Positions 62,034 to 64,000 of a DNA stretch of 64,000 nt are shown here, piece by piece. The notes below the pieces were generated by a model, which had not been told where the DNA came from, searched no databases, and saw only the letters and a program-made list of their open reading frames with translations. Source of the stretch: Alphaproteobacteria bacterium (GTDB taxonomy: Bacteria > Pseudomonadota > Alphaproteobacteria > Rs-D84); the NCBI GenBank assembly GCA_017503725.1, contig JAFVSL010000003.1:72272-136271 (forward strand). The letters are read 5' to 3'. Each line of letters starts with the position of its first letter. Within the stretch, counting starts at the first letter, position 1. Both the position numbers and the translations under genes were made by a program.

Positions 62034-62426
62034 ATGGCCCGTACAACAAATTCTGATACATTACCATATGTAGAAAGCCGTTATGAACTGGGGATGTTGG
62101 CGTCTCAGCGTGTTCGTGATTTGAACGGTGGTGCGGAAGCGGTTGTGGACAAAGAAAATGACAAATTGACGGTTGTAGCCCTGCGCGAAATTGCCAGTGG
62201 TAAATTGGATGTGAATGCCGTACGTCACGAATTTGTTCAGTCTTACAAAGAAACACCTGCATTGGCAGATGGCGAAGAATCATTGGAAATCGGAACCGAG
62301 GATCCATTACTGCGTGAAATTGATGCGGAATTGGAAAATGCCTTGGCGGACGATGCGCCGATTGCGGATGCCGCGGACGTTATGGACGAAGTAATGGCCG
62401 ACGACGCATCCATTGACGAAGAATAA
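62034..62426 (+). CDS. rpoZ: DNA-directed RNA polymerase omega subunit
   Basis: SRYELGMLASQRVRDL...DKLTVVALREIASGKL parallels the RpoZ core; acidic C-terminal tail. Confidence 0.8.
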   Translation: MARTTNSDTLPYVESRYELGMLASQRVRDLNGGAEAVVDKENDKLTVVALREIASGKLDVNAVRHEFVQSYKETPALADGEESLEIGTEDPLLREIDAELENALADDAPIADAADVMDEVMADDASIDEE

Positions 62427-62433
62427 ACGGATA

Positions 62434-62524
62434 CGGAGACGTCGCATAGTTGGTCTAGTGCGCTACATTGGAAATGTAGTATACTCGCAAGGGTATCAAG
62501 GGTTCGAATCCCTTCGTCTCCGCC
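62434..62524 (+). tRNA. tRNA-Ser (anticodon GGA), type II
   Basis: GGAGACGTCGCATAGTTGGTCTAGTGCGCTACATTGGAAATGTAG-long arm-AAGGGTTCGAATCCCTTCGTCTCCGCCA. Confidence 0.85.
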
Positions 62525-62710
62525 ACAAAAATCAAACGCCCATTGTGGGCGTTTTATTTTTGTGCCGAAATCGGGGTTCGAACCCGGTAAAGCCACGACA
62601 GTGGCGTGGGTTCGACAATGAGTAGGTTTTGCAAACATAGTACAGCAAAACCGTCAGGAATGCCCCACAGCCCCGCCACTCGCGGGGCGAGGGAATACTT
62701 CGTCTCCGCC
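62525..62710. repeat. tRNA-Ser-associated element ending in a 14 nt direct repeat of the tRNA 3' end (CTTCGTCTCCGCCA at 62697-62710)
   Basis: Core 62563-62696 is homologous, in the same orientation relative to the tRNA, to the tRNA-Pro-associated core (shared ACTCATTGTCGAACCC, GGGGCATTC, GGGAAT). Confidence 0.55.
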
Positions 62711-62869
62711 AGGAATAATCAAAACCCCGACAAAATCTGTTGGGGCTTTGTTTTTAGGCGGATTCCAGCCACTTTTTCACCACAAGGTTACCAGTATGTA
62801 CAACGAAGTTATCAAATAATCGAATATTTGCACTGCTTACATACATTGCCCAAAACCATCGTGGCAATT

Positions 62870-63178
62870 TTAGTTTTTCTTACCCTTAAAACTATAATCT
62901 GTGCCAAAGTCTCTTGCGTCCTGTTTATGGGCTTTCCAATGAGCTTGTTGACTAGCGAACACAAACAGGTTTGATGGCCTATTGTCCTGTTTGTTTCGGT
63001 TGATATGATGTACAACCTCACCACGTCGCAGTGGTCTGCCAAGTTTCATCTCTGCCATATGCCGATGAACCAATATGCCAGTATCTTTATATACTCTGTA
63101 TCCATTGGCGTTTGTGTACGATTTTGTTTGATTGCGAGGATGTGTGAAATGTTTATTTTTCATTTTCATCACTTCCAT
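62870..63178 (-). CDS. HNH endonuclease
   Basis: GYRVY...HRHMAEMKLGRPLRRGEVVHHINRNKQDNRPSNL HNH motif; low-GC region. Confidence 0.7.
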   Translation of the reverse strand: MEVMKMKNKHFTHPRNQTKSYTNANGYRVYKDTGILVHRHMAEMKLGRPLRRGEVVHHINRNKQDNRPSNLFVFASQQAHWKAHKQDARDFGTDYSFKGKKN

Positions 63179-63875
63179 TGTCGTTCTGTATTTCTGCTGG
63201 CATCAAATCAATCAAATTGCCATTACATGTGGGATAATGCTTACACATAATTTCTTTAAAATCATCTTCTTGGCCGTCGTTGTACTCTGGCTTTAGTCGT
63301 CTAACTTTCACTTCCTTGAACGCAAACTGCTTGCCGCAATGTATGCATTCTACAATTGTGTCTGGCTCAAATCCCATTCCGTACTTTCGGCATTCATCAA
63401 TACCATCTTGCCAGTCCTTTCCAGAAAGTTCTTCATGATAAGGCACATCACTATCCAATGGTTCGTGTGAATATTCTGTTATTTCACGACCATCAGGTGT
63501 AAAATTATGCGATATAAAACTTGTACATCCATATTCATTATGAATACTTCTTTCTAGTGATTTACGGGCTTTTAATTGATCTGTTTCTGGTGCTGTTGTT
63601 AAATCTTTCCAGCTGGCAAACCCTGCCATTTGGGCAATTAAATGCTGCGCATTACCCAATTTAAATTCAAAGTTTTTATCATCGTCCATTATCCCATATT
63701 CAAGGAATATACCTACGATATCAAAAAACTTTGGTTCGTATTCATAAATATCACCATCTTCAGAAAGATAGCGGGTTTGGTAGTCTTTAAGCAAATTTTT
63801 TGCTTGTAATTTAAAGTAGTCTATATTTTTCATAATATAATCCTTTACCGCATTTGCGGAGTTGCCCAAGTTCAT
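63153..63875 (-). CDS. hypothetical protein (low-GC, probably mobile-element associated)
   Basis: 240 aa ORF overlapping HNH gene start; Cys pairs CxxC near C-terminus. Confidence 0.45.
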   Translation of the reverse strand: MNLGNSANAVKDYIMKNIDYFKLQAKNLLKDYQTRYLSEDGDIYEYEPKFFDIVGIFLEYGIMDDDKNFEFKLGNAQHLIAQMAGFASWKDLTTAPETDQLKARKSLERSIHNEYGCTSFISHNFTPDGREITEYSHEPLDSDVPYHEELSGKDWQDGIDECRKYGMGFEPDTIVECIHCGKQFAFKEVKVRRLKPEYNDGQEDDFKEIMCKHYPTCNGNLIDLMPAEIQNDNGSDENEK

Positions 63876-64000
63876 TATCTAATATTGATTTTGCGTTCGT
63901 AGTCTCTTGGCTTAGATAATAAGCTCGGAGGTTTATATTATTTTATTTGTTGGATGATGAAATCTTTACACGAACGGGCTAGCCTTCCAACAGGCATGCA

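Noticed and set aside
62560-62712. Two-piece (permuted) tmRNA or a second tRNA, because of T-loop-like GGTTCGAAC motifs and a ...CGTCTCCGCCA 3' end
   Set aside because: No matching 5' acceptor strand, no tag-peptide reading frame, no G3-U70 context. Better explained as a tRNA-associated repeat with duplicated tRNA-Ser 3' end.

Overview
This 64 kb window appears to be bacterial chromosome. Gene content suggests an alphaproteobacterium, possibly a symbiont-like lineage, but that is inference. Evidence: LpxI, a ZapA-associated pair, lptE-holA-map synteny, compact genes, many GC-hairpin/T-run terminators.

Housekeeping genes present: two tatD paralogs, tcdA, rpmG, lptE, holA, map, radC, zapA, parC, ligA, fabI, lpxI, birA, dnaB, rpsD, corA, acpS, recG, smpB, holB, a dacC-type carboxypeptidase, a MiaB/MtaB-family enzyme and rpoZ. 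Five tRNAs are called: Leu-TAG, Glu-TTC, Asp-GTC, Pro-GGG, Ser-GGA.

Four things stand out:
1. A reduced T7-like podovirus structural, packaging and lysis cluster at about 30.6 to 43.7 kb. It carries a SleB-like hydrolase and holin, scaffold, a T7 gp10-like capsid, gp11/gp12-like tail tube proteins, a fiber N-terminal stub, a terminase and a gp8-like portal. It lacks all replication, transcription and internal-core genes. The terminase is split by a 3.3 kb opposite-strand block encoding dnaB, an XRE-family regulator and a hypothetical protein. This could be a domesticated, GTA-like element of podoviral origin, or a degraded prophage.
2. A conserved unit of about 250 nt (sigma70 promoter plus structured leader ending in an intrinsic terminator) present in three copies, with compensatory base changes in its stems. 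Two copies drive paralogous secreted cysteine-rich gene cassettes. This is a candidate novel attenuator or riboswitch-like RNA.
3. A paralogous family of secreted Cys-rich proteins at three loci.
4. Homologous elements of about 150 to 190 nt abutting the 3' ends of tRNA-Pro and tRNA-Ser, each bounded by duplicated tRNA 3' sequence.

Also notable: a low-GC islet between tRNA genes carrying a NERD protein, paralogous lipoproteins and an orphan VirB11-like ATPase; and a large GCC-like tandem-repeat surface protein with near-identical 90 bp DNA repeats.
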